A stretch of DNA of 63,303 bases, filler included, from Squatina squatina (taxonomy: Eukaryota): the NCBI GenBank assembly GCA_031763465.1. It is 3 parts of 3 records of this genome, joined end to end, with 100 filler letters (N's around TTAATTAATTAA, not from the genome) between each part and the next. Parts side by side here need not be neighbours in the genome. Positions count along the whole stretch, not along the records: positions 25,627 to 45,079 come from JARFOE010000080.1; positions 45,180 to 63,303 come from JARFOE010000120.1; 1 more part is not named here. One strand, given 5' to 3'. Shown piece after piece: positions 34,024 through 48,100 of the stretch. Within the stretch, counting starts at the first letter, position 1, and the number at the start of each line of letters is the position of its first letter. Position numbers and translations under genes: made by a program. The notes under the pieces are model-generated. The model saw nothing but the letters and a program-made list of their open reading frames with translations. It was not told the origin of the DNA and did not search any database.

Positions 34024-35867
34024 AAAGTCTTAATGCATTTGTTTGCAGTTTGTATCAGCTAGAACTTTACATTCGTAAACATGTTCGTACAATTTAAGTC
34101 TCTCTTACTTTATCAAGATAGAATTGTGTATGGCCCCATTTTGATTTTAGAATGTTATTCAAAGCACTATGAGTAAGAACAAGCTGCTGACACAGATCTT
34201 TAGATGAAGTTCTGTTTTGACTATGGCCTAACAAAATCTGAGGGAGTAGAACCAATTAATTATGTAACAGGATGAAAACACTACAAAGAACGCATCAGTG
34301 ATGGGAAAGCCAAGGCTCCCATGAAGTCTGGGTTGTTAGAACATAATTAATATCAAATAAGGAGTAAGATGTGCCCACAGCACATAACTGAAAGGCAGTT
34401 GATTGATATCTTTTAATAGCACTAATGGGAGTGAAACAGAAACTTGCTGAAAGGGCAGTTCAAGCAGGTCAGGATATTCATTTTCAATGTGGTGACCCTG
34501 CCAGCCCTGGTAAAAAGGTGGGAGGCCTAACCTCTGATGAACTTGCTTGCTGGTATTGATCGCAGCCATTAGAGTGTCTTATATTAAAATGTCAATTTGT
34601 ACAAAGTACAATATTAATAACTATGAGGTAAGACAGTCGATTCAAGTGACCTCGCCTTTCATTGGCATTGTAATATTTCTTCTTTCCAACCAAATTTCCT
34701 CCAATTACAGAGCTTAAAGCATTGTGCACAGGGGTGTTCAGGGTGTTTAAACACCCCCAAACTATGATTGTTTTTTTCTAATTGGGACACTCTTCTCAAA
34801 AGTTCATGCCTTAGATCACTTGACAAAACAGAGAAGCAATGGATTTTTCCCAGAGCTGGCCAGCTCCACAATTTGACCAGTAAAAAAAAATACAATTAGT
34901 TTAAATTTTGATCCCAAATCAGTTTTAACTATCCAGAAAAATATTACACGGGCCCCCAGCCCTCTTGTAATGAAGCAGCGACTAGATATCTGCTGAGGGA
35001 GTTTCGCAGAATGCCGACTCGACTGTGGAAGGTGCATGGTGGAGAGAGCTGACAGTTCCCTAAAATCCTTCATGTTGGAGCAGTAGGGTGTGCTGTTCCT
35101 AAGTTTTAGCTATCCCGCTGCAAAGGGAGCGTGGCACAGGGAAGAGGATTATATGTGATGCCTTCAGAAAAATACTACATACTGAGTTTGACGATGTTTG
35201 AAGTAAAATATTAAAGCATTCTTTTGTTTTTAAACCACTGATTAGGCAATCCATGCACAGCACTTTTTACTCTTTTCCTTGTCTACTTTGGTAAAAAGTG
35301 AGTATGAATTAGAGCACTTTCCTGGTGCGTGTCAAGCGTGTGATTTAGCAGCCGGCAGTGAAGTGCTTTCTGTCCTAGCATCCAGGATCACACACATGCT
35401 GCAGCGCTAACGGAGCGTTACCTCGGTAGCAGTAGAAACAGAAAAGCTGGAACTATACAGCAGGCCAGCGAGTGTAAAGAGAAACAATGGGTACCCTGAA
35501 ACGTCAGACTCTCTACGTGTTGACTGACCTGCTGCACATTCCCAGTATTTTCTGTTTATAATTTGGATCTCCTGCGTTCTTTCTCTTTTTCCCCCCTCAG
35601 AAGAGCGATCCCCACAGCACCAGCACCACATTAACAGTCTCCTCAATTTGGGATTGTTTCTTGTACTTTTGCTCCAGCAACTTTGAGTCTTTTCACGTTG
35701 ATTCTGCACAGCACCTTGTAGACAGCAACGAACGCATGCTTGCATTTAATTAGCCTGCACTGCATTCAAACCTTACTGTACCACCCACTTTCCCACAACT
35801 GTATACAGTTTCGATCTTGAAATTGGCAGATCCTTGCCTCTGAGTTAATTGGATATCGATAATAGAA

Positions 35868-36026
35868 AGAAGGAAAGAAAGATTTGCATTTCTGGAGCAC
35901 CTTTCACGACCACTGGACGTCCCAAAGTGCTTTACAGCCAGTGAAGTACTTTTTGAAGTGTAGTCGCTGTTGTGATAATGACCAGATAATCTGTTGTAGT
36001 GTGTTGATTGAGGGATAAATATTGGC
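35868..36026 (-). mobile_element. Deu-domain SINE tail
   Basis: Reverse complement of the SINE tail (cctttcacgacc...ggacgtcccaaagtgctttacagcc...ttgaagtgtagtc). Confidence 0.8.
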
Positions 36027-36979
36027 NNNNNNNNNNNNNNNNNNNNNNNNNNNNNNNNNNNNNNNNNNNNNNNNNNNNNNNNNNNNNNNNNNNNNNNNNN
36101 NNNNNNNNNNNNNNNNNNNNNNNNNNATGGAATTGCTCAGTGATATGACACTTTCCTCTCTCCCAACTTTTTTTTTGCACCTGTCCATGTGTGGCCCTTA
36201 TACACACGGACATTATGCTGACTGGAAAGCATATATACTTGGGCGAGACAGAAGCTGAATTGGTAATCAACTGGTGGCTTGTAAGCAGACTAGAGCATAT
36301 GGAATACATCGTAAGAAATTCAATCATAGTCTTGGCCTGCGTCTGTTAAGTTGTGATTTATATTGCAGCTTTTTATCTGGATTTCTTTCTCCTAAATTTA
36401 CAGTTGTACCAAAGCTAACATGAATCATCTGAGTGGTGCAGTGTCAGTTTGAAATGAAACAAACTCCCACCTGGTTTGAAACGGGCTGTGAAACAGTCTC
36501 ACTTGGTTGGTTGTATCTCTCTTACCTCTCAGCTGCAGCTCACTATCAAGACTAGTCTTAACACCTGCCCATGTAAGTTCAGTGTATATAAAATCAAATG
36601 GATTCAAACGTGAAAGAAACTAAAAAAGAGGGCATTTGTTCAATACAAGTTATGATTATGAATTTTATTGAGCCCCTTTAATGCCTGCTTTCAATTAAAC
36701 ATCCACTTAAGGCTAGAAATTATCTGTGGAGATTAATAGTGGACAACCACCTAAGTGCTCATGTGACCTTCCTCTTTCTTAACATGGGTGTGAACCCACT
36801 TGTGTAAATAATGGATGGAGCAATGCCATATGAACACATCACATCTGCTCACATCACACTGATTCATTTCTAGCCATTAATCTTCAGAGATGCAGCTTAT
36901 GTGTCACTATTTGTGATGATATTCCTTTGTCCATTATTTGAATAAAAGTCCTGGGCAGAGAGAAGCAACAGAATGACAA

Positions 36980-37220
36980 CATCAACTTGCATTTATATAG
37001 AACCTTTTAAAATGGAAAAAATGTCTCAAGCTGCTTCACAGAGGCAGCGTCAGACAACAATAGATGCTGGTCCATTTAAAGTGATATTAGGAGGGGTGAA
37101 GTGGCTTTTAAAGAGGCGGGAAGGGAAGTAGAGAGGCGGAGGGGTTAAGAGAGAGAATTCCGGAGTATGGGACCTAGCGAGCTGAAGGCACCCCACTAAT
37201 GGTGGGGCAAAGGGAGGGTG
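36980..37220 (-). mobile_element. L2-type LINE 3' end
   Basis: caacttgcatttatatag tail followed by ...gaattccggagtatgggacctag...gctgaaggcac (reverse of the L2 AF....P.LWNSL region). Confidence 0.65.
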
Positions 37221-37419
37221 NNNNNNNNNNNNNNNNNNNNNNNNNNNNNNNNNNNNNNNNNNNNNNNNNNNNNNNNNNNNNNNNNNNNNNNNNNNNNNNN
37301 NNNNNNNNNNNNNNNNNNNNTCGATGGTCTATTTGATCATGAAGATGATTGGTCAAGACTCACTCCTACCCATGTAGGGTTAGGCTTCTTGCAGTGTGTG
37401 CTTACACCTTGTTTTATTC

Positions 37420-37760
37420 AGTTAGCTGCTGATGTTGATTATGTTTCCACAGCATCCACTTTTCTTGCTGTTGTTAACGGTGCTGCTTCTCAGAGTTGTC
37501 CAATCTCATCATTGTATTCAATGCCATCCTGGCCGGTTTGTCACAGGCATCTCCCAGTTGATTGAATCAATATCTCACAGCATCAAGTGGTGCTTCATTA
37601 GTCCTTAAAATGCTTCCTCTAATGAACCCGCAATATTTGAGCTGGCTGCTTGAGAAATCGGTTGTCGTTCATTCAAATAATAAGTCTCTCCCAGTGGAAC
37701 TGTGCTTTTAATAACATCGTCTCAACGCTGTTTGATCTTATGTTTTCAACACATTACAAC
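37420..37760 (-). mobile_element. RTE-type LINE ORF C-terminal fossil
   Basis: The minus strand gives SVETMLLKAQFHW..., MNDNRFLKQ, RKHFKD and IDSINWEMPVTNRPGW, matching the RTE pattern SIEAMLLKAQLRW / RMPD.RLPKQ / KRFKD / ID...WE..A.DR..W, with stops and frameshifts. Confidence 0.65.
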
Positions 37761-40700
37761 TGGAATGAATAATAATACGCAGTTAGTGTGCTATTGCAAT
37801 TGATATGCATGAAGCATCTGAGGTGGGGCAGTATGAATTCTATTGTAGCTGTGGAGGGAAATGAGCATTGACAAGTGTCCAAACAACTACCAAGGTTTAT
37901 AAATGAGCAAGTTTAACTGGTTTGTGGTAGACATGTCCATGCACATGCACCTACACTCAAGTTTTTTTCTAGTTGTGCAACTATCTATAGATTTGGTATG
38001 CCAATCAGTAGGCTCACTTCCAGTTGTGTTATTCATCATTAACNNNNNNNNNNNNNNNNNNNNNNNNNNNNNNNNNNNNNNNNNNNNNNNNNNNNNNNNN
38101 NNNNNNNNNNNNNNNNNNNNNNNNNNNNNNNNNNNNNNNNNNNNNNNNNNNNNNNNNNNNNNNNNNNNNNNNNNNNNNNNNNNNNNNNNNNNNNNNNNNN
38201 NNNNNNNNNNNNNNNNNNNNNNNNNNNNNNNNNNNNNNNNNNNNNNNNNNNNNNNNNNNNNNNNNNNNNNNNNNNNNNNNNNNNNNNNNNNNNNNNNNNN
38301 NNNNNNNNNNNNNNNNNNNNNNNNNNNNNNNNNNNNNNNNNNNNNNNNNNTCCTCTTTTTATTTTAAGTACAGTTATTTCATTACTAATCTCATGAACCA
38401 TTGTAATGCTCACCTGTTCTCTCCCAGAGGTAGAGCCACGTTCCTAACGATCAAAGGTTCACTTTTGCTATCTAGTATCTAGATGTACAATGGTGTGCTA
38501 CCAATGGTGTAACAAGGAGATTCTGCTGCTATTAGGACTGGGCACTGTCATCATCTTCTTGCACCTCGGGCTGAAAGCTGGATTTTAAACCTTTGTGGTT
38601 TTAAGTTAAATGTAAAATTTCAGCATGAATCGTAACTGAATCCGTCAATTGTGGAAAATCACAAAGCATGTCAGCTGCCATTGATAAACAAGGTTGCATA
38701 AGAGAGGGTGGCGATGAAGGTAAAGAGGGGCAAGGAATTGTTTCTGATACAGATCCCCCTATCAGACAGATTTAAATCAAATCCAAGTTCACACAAAATG
38801 CATCCCACTCAACTTCAAGGCCTAAACTGTAATCCCAATTGGCCAAACTGCATGTGCACGGTTACCACTGGAAGCAGGGATCATGGAATTACCCCATTTG
38901 TTTGGTTCAATGAACATCCACCCCACCTATCCCTCTGCCAGAGGATAACACAGATAAAATGGGTCTGACTCACATGAATGACTGGAAAAGCAAAGCATAA
39001 TAAGGAATACTACACTTGTTTTTTTTGTGTTTTGGCCAATATTATATGGCAAACCTAATATGTAAGACAATCTGTTCTGTGACAACTAAGGATGTGACAG
39101 AAATGGCAGTGCCTGATAACAGCTAAACAGAATTCAGCAACAAAATAACCTAAATTGGTCTATTGTCAATGTCCAAATTTTGGTCAATTAAGTTTGGGTT
39201 ATTCATTTTAATTGTTTCTAATGAGTATTTTGTTCACCTAGTAAGTAAAAGGAAAGGCCATGTGACTGTCTAGTGTTTACTGCATAGAGGCTGATGAGTT
39301 GATCACATGATACTTTAAGTCACTTTTAATTGGTTTGTGTTATAACAATCCATGGGATCAAGAAACCTCTGGCAATTGGAAAAATTCTTGGCTGATAATT
39401 ACAGATTCACCTTTTGACTATGTATTCAAATTTAAGAGAAATAATTTCAGTATCACAAAACCAGAAAGAGATTCACTGCTGTAAAGAAATTTGAGTGGAA
39501 TGTGAAGGAGCATAAAAATTTACTTTTTTTCCTTTTGTGGTATTGTGTCGGGGTTCCACTCAATGTATTGCCACCTACCGTTCACCACAATCATCTACTC
39601 TATAGAACTGAGGATGAATGGAGGGCCACAAGGCATTGCTGTTAATTTTCTTTTTTGAGGATAGTGTGCTAAAATATAAAATATTTCTCTTTAAGCTCAC
39701 CATTCACTCTTTTATATTTTTCCTGAGGTATGCTTTCATTCGTGATGTAACTGCTGTAGAATCTTCGCTGTGTCCTGTTGGACTTTGTTCTTCAAGCTTG
39801 TGTGTTCCAGCATTGTGACTATAATAGTTGTGTTTCCTACCATCAGTTGGCATTCCATCCTTCAAACCAGCTCTGGTTATGGAGCTGACATTACCAATCT
39901 TTGTAACATAAGAAGTTAAGAATAAGTTCAGGATACTTCATTTCATATAGATTTTAAAATAGATGTAAGTTTACTTAACACTCGTTATTATTTCAGTTTG
40001 CCCAGGGTGCACAGATCTACCCCATTGCACCTTGTTGATGAATTTGGCCATTCACATATTTGAAAATCTGGCTAATTATTAGGCTGTATCTTGATGCTTT
40101 ATTTAGAGGTGCATTTTAAATCACAAAGTCAAGCAAATGGCAGGCACAGTGTATTATCAGCAACAGTAGGGGGAGAAGATTCTGTTCTTGCTGAAGAACA
40201 GATGACACCAACAAAGTCAAAAACATCAGCGATGTCAAAACAATGCAGCCAATTGTCCAGAGGTTCAGTATCATGATCACCAATCCCAGCCACTGTCAAA
40301 AACAAGTAACTTGCAATTTCTCATCAAGCTATTCCTATATATCATCGAGAACTTGGGTAGAAGGCCACAGTCTACATTCGAAAGCAATGGTTGAAACAAG
40401 AGAAAGTCCTGCATTGAAAAGTAATCATATGAAGCATTTTGAGATCTTTTTATGCTGTGTCTGTAGTGTGTCGGACATGAGACAAAATCATAAATCAGCT
40501 TTGCTGGCAATACCCATATTCCTGCTTTCCTTTACTTTGGGCGTACATGTAGTTCCGCATATTACACGTACAAATACGAGATGCAGTAGTTTTGTTTAAT
40601 TTGGGGTGGAGATGACGCTGGAAGCTTGTCAGCAAATTACAAGACAGTAGTCCAATTGATGGGATTAGGTGACATCATAAACCACAAGAGCTTAACTGTC

Positions 40701-40959
40701 ATTTGAGCTCCTCAATCGGATTACTGCCTTAAATTTACTTGGAGACATCTAGTATTTATTTCTACTATCTTTGCTAAGCAGTGAATTTTTCATATGAAAT
40801 AGATTTGTTTTATTTTCCATTAATAGGAGACAGTTTATTTGATGTCACAAATGTCTTCCTTTGCAGATAGAAGTACTTGGCACAGGCACTCAGAGATTGA
40901 GGTTTTTTGTTGTGTTGTATATCAGCCTATTTTGGAAAGTGAATTAAGGAAGAATCTTA

Positions 40960-41234
40960 GGGGGCCCAATTGGTCTCCTGAAATCTCCGGGAAAATGGTG
41001 CTAAGCCCTTTGCACCCGCTGGCGCTGCTACGTGCGTCATTTGCGCACTTGGTCCTGCTTTTTGGTGACCGCAAAAGAGCTTCTGCCCGAATTTCGTCAG
41101 CGGCATGAGGAGTGGCAGCGCATGGTGATGCTGACGTCATCACCGTATGCATCGCCGAATGCGCACGACTGACCCTGAATTGGTCAGCAGCTCCAATCCA
41201 AAACTGGGACGCTGGCTTCTCTGAGAAAGCGTGG
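40960..41234. mobile_element. GC-rich non-autonomous element end (family of 33010-34023)
   Basis: Starts gggggcccaattg; contains ggtgctaagccctttgcacc and tgacgtca. Confidence 0.55.
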
Positions 41235-41879
41235 NNNNNNNNNNNNNNNNNNNNNNNNNNNNNNNNNNNNNNNNNNNNNNNNNNNNNNNNNNNNNNNNNN
41301 NNNNNNNNNNNNNNNNNNNNNNNNNNNNNNNNNNGGGAGTATTCAGCAAAAATGTGAGAATTAAAAAAAAAACCTTTAAAATGTGAACCAGTTAGAAGGA
41401 AATAAATGAATAGCATTCATGCTGTAGAAGCAGACATGCTGTTAAAAATGGGTTATGTTAGACTTCTGAAATGAAAGGTCTTTAAAATAACCTTCTATAA
41501 GGGGCAAGATTGCAAACCGTGAAATACCCAAATGTATTCACCACTGTAATAATGCCATGTTAACTTATAGAATGCTGAATGTATATTTTTAGAGTTTTTA
41601 TTTTTACTTGTTTCTCCTCACCAGATGGTGTTGGACCCCACACGGGGACATAGTTCCACAGGCAGTAGTCACCTTCTCACATTTAGCCATTCCTTGTGTG
41701 TGAGTCGTGGAGGTGAGCTGCAGCAGGTTGTTCGACTGTGTGGGAGATCACGTTGATCCAGTTCTCACACATGTACATCTTCCACCAGGAGTCCCTGCAG
41801 CAGTAAACACCTTGGTGATTTGTAGCATAACCTCCCTGATCTATATGGGTGAGCTTAACATCAGGAGAGCAACAAGTAT

Positions 41880-42326
41880 TCTTACAGTTAAGAGTACTGG
41901 AGTATAGTACCCAATTTTGGTTCCCCCATATGATGGGTGATATAGTGACTTTGGAAAAGATCCAGAGGAGAGCTACAAGAATGATTCATAGCGTAAAAAA
42001 CCTCAGCCATTCAAAAAGGCTCAAAGACCTTGGTCTATTTACTTCAGAGTAGCATAGGTGACCTGATGGAGGTCTATAAAATAATGAAAGGGCTGGATAG
42101 TGTCTCTATTGATAGATTATTCTAGTTTAGGTTGGGGATGACCAGGGGACATGAGGTTAAACTGTGTAGGAGTAGGAATAGTCTGGATGTTGGGCGGGTC
42201 TTCTTTTCCTAGAAAGTTGTGAGTTTTTAGAATGTGTTGCTGGCTGGTGTGGTGGGTGCTGACTCTCTGCCTTTGAGAGGGAGCTGAATCGGTTCCTGCC
42301 TGGGGCAGAGATTGTGTCATAGAGAT
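41880..42326 (+). mobile_element. CR1-type LINE 3' fragment
   Basis: LEYSTQFWFPH...LEKIQRRATRMI...RLKDLGLFTSE. Confidence 0.85.
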
Positions 42327-44296
42327 NNNNNNNNNNNNNNNNNNNNNNNNNNNNNNNNNNNNNNNNNNNNNNNNNNNNNNNNNNNNNNNNNNNNNNNNNN
42401 NNNNNNNNNNNNNNNNNNNNNNNNNNCAGCCCATTTAGGAAGTGTATGTTGTTATTGTACAACAGAAGCAAACAATTTCAACTTCTGCATCATTGAACCC
42501 CTCTAAAGAAAAAGCATATTGTTACACCAAAAGGAACCAAATCGGGACAGATTCCCATATATCATTGTCATTTAACATGATCCTATGGGTCCAGGCCTCA
42601 GCCACTATTTGATACAGTTCTTCAGGCAATACAGTTGGGATAGGTTCTGGCAAGCAGCCATCTTACAGCACACCTGACTCCTCTTTAATTTCTCTTGCTG
42701 TTCTCATCCCTTCTACGGTCTGGTTCTCCAATGCTGCAACAGGATCTTGCTAAAGAGCAGTGATAGATTAATAGTTGTGTCTGCATTGCTTCTAACTTCT
42801 ATGCTGTGTGGTGATTGAATGGCAAATTTTCGCTGTTTCCCTCCAATTCCTAAGCAGGGGATGTGCTAGTAGATTCCAAGAGGCAAAATGTCCTCTGATG
42901 TCCCCATCCCAAAATCTGGCACAAAGTGCTCTCCATTTCTATCCATTCATTTAATGGGCAAAAAAAAAATCATGTGCAGTGTGTGCCTAATTTTGTAGTG
43001 AGGGCTTCAGCCCCATCAAGGAGCTGAAGAGGAAAATCTAGCCCCAAAAGCCTCTGACCTCAAGGGAATGAAAACTGGTTTAGATTCTTGCTAGTGTCCC
43101 TCTTGTCCCTGCTCCTATTAAACATTGTTAACTACTGCATCTCCCTCATATCATTCTCCTGTCTTTGACATTGTATTTATTATTATATCTGACTTTAAGA
43201 TGTCCTTAGTTCTCTCACCAGTTCACTACACAGGAGAATCTCATTTGTCTTCAATCTCCAATCATGATGATTATATATCTGATACAGGCTTGTCAATGTC
43301 ACGATTTTGTCTCAAAAATGTAAATCTGAAAAAGAAGAAAAGGTTATTTGGCTCATTTGCTCTCCACTTCCTATACGTAACCACTATTGATCCTTCATAA
43401 ACTGATGTTAGTCTGAGCTCATTGCAAACTACCACATTCTTCCCCTCGACAGACAGGATTGCAATGCNNNNNNNNNNNNNNNNNNNNNNNNNNNNACTAG
43501 TTGTCTGGCAACATCTCACGGTTCATCTAGATGATGAATTGAAGTCTGTTTGGGTAAAATGCAAGGGCACAAGTAGCAATAGCAAAATAAAGGAACACAT
43601 GGGAATGACAGTGTGAACAGCGCATGTGAAATGATTACATTCAGTAGGATTTGGACTCAGATACCAGGAGAAAGCAATATTAGTGGTGTTAGTTGTGTCA
43701 GAATAATAAGGCTATAGAAAGCAGGATTAGGAGCTATGCCCTTATTTTTATCCACCTATTCTATTTTGGATACAGCCGTCATGGCTTCCTCTCCCCAAGC
43801 CCACATCGCCCTTATAAAAATAAATTATAAAAATGATTTTAATCTGAGCTGGATTAAGGCCAAATGTACAGGCCTTGGAATCATCGGCTTTCTCTCAAAC
43901 TCGCAGCAGAACAAAAAGATAGGCTAACCCATATTCACTTTGTGTTTTGCTGTACTTTCATTGTTTTTTGGGTCAAGCTATTCAGGGCAGAGTACATTCA
44001 AAAAAAAATATTCCATTCTGTTATGTTTTTGTTGAATGCAATTCTGTTTAAACAATGTTCAACACACAATTAAATTGGTACAGAAAGGATCAGCAAATTT
44101 TACCACTGATATAAGAACAAGTAAGAGGTGCTCTGATGCATAACTGTCTGATGGCAATCTGGGTGCAAAGAGGAAGCAGTTCATCAGTGAAGCGGTGGAA
44201 TAGTAATGGCTATTTTCTGAACTGAGATCGCTGGGCGAGAAGGAACATTGTAGTATGATGCTACATGGCCCTCCCGAGAGCTAGCCTCATTTGAGG

Positions 44297-44510
44297 GTAT
44301 GGTAGTTTAGTGGTTATGTTACTCAACCAGTAATTCAGAGAATGTGATCATAATCCTACCATGGCAGTTTGAGAAGTTAAGTTTAGTTAAAAATTATGGA
44401 AATTTTAAGAGAACTGGTATCAGTAAAAGTGACAATGAAGCTGTTTGATTGTTGTAAAAATCCAACTAATGTCCATAGGGAAGGACAACTGTTGTCCTTA
44501 CCAGGTCTGA
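44297..44510 (+). mobile_element. tRNA-derived SINE (family A), 5' part
   Basis: ggtagtttagtggttatgttact head; reverse orientation of the 4460-4924 copy. Confidence 0.65.
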
Positions 44511-45079
44511 CCTTTCTGTGGCCTATAGATTTTGTGCTCAAGTCTCTGGACTGCAACTTGAAGCCACAACCTTCTGACTCAGAGGTGAGAGTGTCACCAC
44601 TGAGTCATGGCTGACATCTCTGTTTTTGAATCCACACTGAGACACATGCTGGACACTTGGGGGTTTCTTTTACGTGCTCCTTACACTTCCAACATGTTGG
44701 CACTGATTATGTGCTCCTTACACTTCCAACATCTTGATACTGATTCTCTGCTTACAAGAGTAGGTGCCGTACAACAGAAATGGGCAGAAGTGTATGGGTC
44801 TGTAACCTTAAGCTGTTGGGTGTATTTGAAGAGCTCACAAAGGAAATCATTGCCGCGACATGCATAAAGAATGTTGTGAAGAGTGAAGCTGGTAGTGCTA
44901 CCAAGCTCAAGGTAAATACTATCATTCTGGTGGTCTTTCTTACTCATTCAATCATGGTCATCATGCACACAGTATATTGCCACATAAGTATCGGCCCATA
45001 ATTTGCTGTCAGCAATGAAGCAAAGGCATTCACCATTGGCCCCAAAGAAGCTTCCCACAAAGACCTTGCGATCTCTGTG

Positions 45080-45179
45080 NNNNNNNNNNNNNNNNNNNNN
45101 NNNNNNNNNNNNNNNNNNNNNNNTTAATTAATTAANNNNNNNNNNNNNNNNNNNNNNNNNNNNNNNNNNNNNNNNNNNN
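45080..45179. other. Artificial scaffold linker N44-TTAATTAATTAA-N44
   Basis: Same structure as 25527-25626. Confidence 0.95.
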
Positions 45180-48100
45180 GCCGAGGTAACAGTCAGCTGC
45201 GTGCAATCATGGAATCAAACCTGACCAAGTCACTGACTCCAGGAGAAATGAGAAGATGGAGGGGCGCGGGCGGAGGCTACAAGCAAAGGGAATTTCTCGG
45301 CGGAACTTGCAATTGGTAAAATTCCAAGTTTATCCGACGATGAAATAGTTTTTCTTATATTTGTGTTTTCCTACTCTTTGGACAGCAGACCGAGTGCCAG
45401 TAGGCCATTTCACCGCAGAGACATCGCAGTCAAGTCCAATCCTGTCCTTAGCCAACAGCCACACGCACACACTACAACAAAGGTCACCTGATAGCAAGCG
45501 GTACAGGAATCCTGGTCGATTTTGCCCCTTCCTAGCTCAGGAATACCGAGGCCAATGGTTGTCGCTATTGCCGCGGCGATGGCCAGGCAGCCCATGAAAT
45601 TACACAAATACAAATGTCTCCACTCAAGGAGGTGACGTATTTAAGTTTTGCTTTGGAGGAGGGAGCAACTGCTGTAGTAATGAACACACCATGGCAACTT
45701 GTCTCTGTGCTGCACTTTTAAATTTTAGTTGACTTTCTAAAAGGCGCACCATGTGGTTATCATGTCCACAGCAGATTTGGCCACTGAGGCCACCTCCCCC
45801 AAATTATCTCCTTCAAAGTAGTCAACTTGACCTTGCAAATGGTTCCACACCTCTAAATGGCAGGCAAGTGATTGCAAGGCGCTGGCATGTCATCTGAAGG
45901 CTATTTTAAGGGAGATAAATCAGAGGAAGTGGCCCTAATGGTAGTTCCACACTTTAGACGTGACCTGCATGTGGTGTACTTTACAAAGTCCCTTTTTGTT
46001 AACAGAGAGCTAAACATATGGAGAACTGGTCTGACTCCCGCACATTACTAGGGAGGCCACTTATTAAAGTTTTAAACTGTAGCCTGCAGCATTCCTTTAT
46101 TACAATTACTGCACTGCGTTGTTCACAGATCATTACAGTCACATTCATTCAGAAAGATCAGAGCTTTGTGATCTTACTTTCAAAATGAATTCATATTCAT
46201 CAGCAACTATAAGGCGTCTGGATTGTTCCCCAGATGCAAATTTTACTGCCTATGGTGCAAGCAAGACAGGCAGCTGATGCGAGGGATTCCTGTGAAGATA
46301 ATCACTCAGGTATTTTTTTTAATTGNNNNNNNNNNNNNNNNNNNNNNNNNNNNNNNNNNNNNNNNNNNNNNNNNNNNNNNNNNNNNNNNNNNNNNNNNNN
46401 NNNNNNNNNNNNNNNNNNNNNNNNNAATGATCATTTTTTCCATTGTAAAATTACAGCAGACATATGGAAGGCAAATGAGTTGATGAAGAATAGGTACAGT
46501 TTGCATGGATTTTTACATACTCAGACAGTTGGCAGCATTTCATAAGAACTGTATTATACTCACATGCAGCTTTTAAATCCTTCTACAGTTCACATTTTAC
46601 TCACAATAATTGATTGAACTGACTGCTGGTATTAATGTTTCCTACTGAGCTGTCAATTTTTTACGAGATTTTCACTGTCTTCTTCAGAACGTTAGAAAAT
46701 GCGAGCCAAAGGTTTTGAAAAAAAAATCAGAATATAGAGTATTTGAAACTGAGAAATTGCCCACCCTAATTTTATCGGCATTGTTCTAACCCATTAATTT
46801 AAACTATTGCGACTCCCCATTAAAGCTGATGTTGCTATTTGTGGTATTGGAAATGTAGTTTACATGTGAATCTTATGTCTACGACTTTCTAGAAAACATT
46901 GCCAGCTAGGGGCTTGTGCTCAACATCCAACACTTCAAAATACACTTTCCATTCTGTACTGAGGCCTTTATTCACTTTCATTCATGCAATATTTTTCACC
47001 CTTCATGATTTCCTCTCTTGGTTGTAAATTGATGTGCACACCAGCCCACTAACTATCCCTGGTCTTAATCTTATATTTCTTTAAACCAGTAAATGCCACC
47101 TTAATGCCTTCCAGCTGCCGGGAGCTGATAGCCAGGCGGACTGAACCTTGACATCAGGAGCAAATCACGTCGAAACCCTCTGAAAGGGGGCTTGGGGTTC
47201 ATCAGTAAAAACTTCAGTGCATTAAACAGCGAATAAATTCTGTTGATAATGTCAAAGAGTAGGCTTGCAGATCCCTTCCTGTCAACCGCTGATGAAATGA
47301 AACTGAAAAAAAGAACTAATCGTGTAAACTCTGCATCAGACAAACAGATGATCGCCACATAATGTGATGTGTCAACAGCGCCACCCAGGAGAGTTAAACA
47401 AAAAGGACACATTCTGGATATTTCAAATCTCAGTCNNNNNNNNNNNNNNNNNNNNNNNNNNNNNNNNNNNNNNNNNNNNNNNNNNNNNNNNNNNNNNNNN
47501 NNNNNNNNNNNNNNNNNNNNNNNNNNNNNNNNNNNTACCCATCCTCTAACTAAATCTAGCCATACTACTTCTAAAATTGCCTGGGTGTAAAGTTTATTTT
47601 AAAAGACTGTAAATTGTCCTTTATTGCTGTTCTTTCCAGAACACAATCAGATACATTACAGGGACGGGAAGCAGGCTGTAAAACAGCACGGCACCACTGC
47701 TAAGTGTTCAGAGTTTCATATTGCTTTCATTCCAAAACAGTGAAGTAATTTAAATATAAGGAATAAAATACTTTTGGTACAGGTCAAGATTACTATGGCT
47801 GAGAAAAAAAACGGAAGGGTTTTTTTGACTGTTGCCTTTAAAAATGGATTCCTTTCCTTTGGTTTAATTTCATTTTATTTTCCTTACGCTTATCTAAACT
47901 GCAATTGCTGCATTTATAAAATACTTCTTGTGCCCTCCGACATTGCGAATAAACATAACTTCCCACGGTGTGCGTCTGCCAGCCAGACAATTGCGTGGAA
48001 AAGTCTCGAGAGTGATGAAAATTTGATGTAAACCTCGGAAAGCTTTTCTTACAGTTCAGTGCCGTCTTATGAAAATAAACACGGCCAGGAATTTTACTTT

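Noticed and set aside
44780-45001. 73-aa ORF ending near a donor-like aag|gtaaat
   Set aside because: No recognisable homology or good acceptor; at most a very decayed transposon Myb-like remnant.
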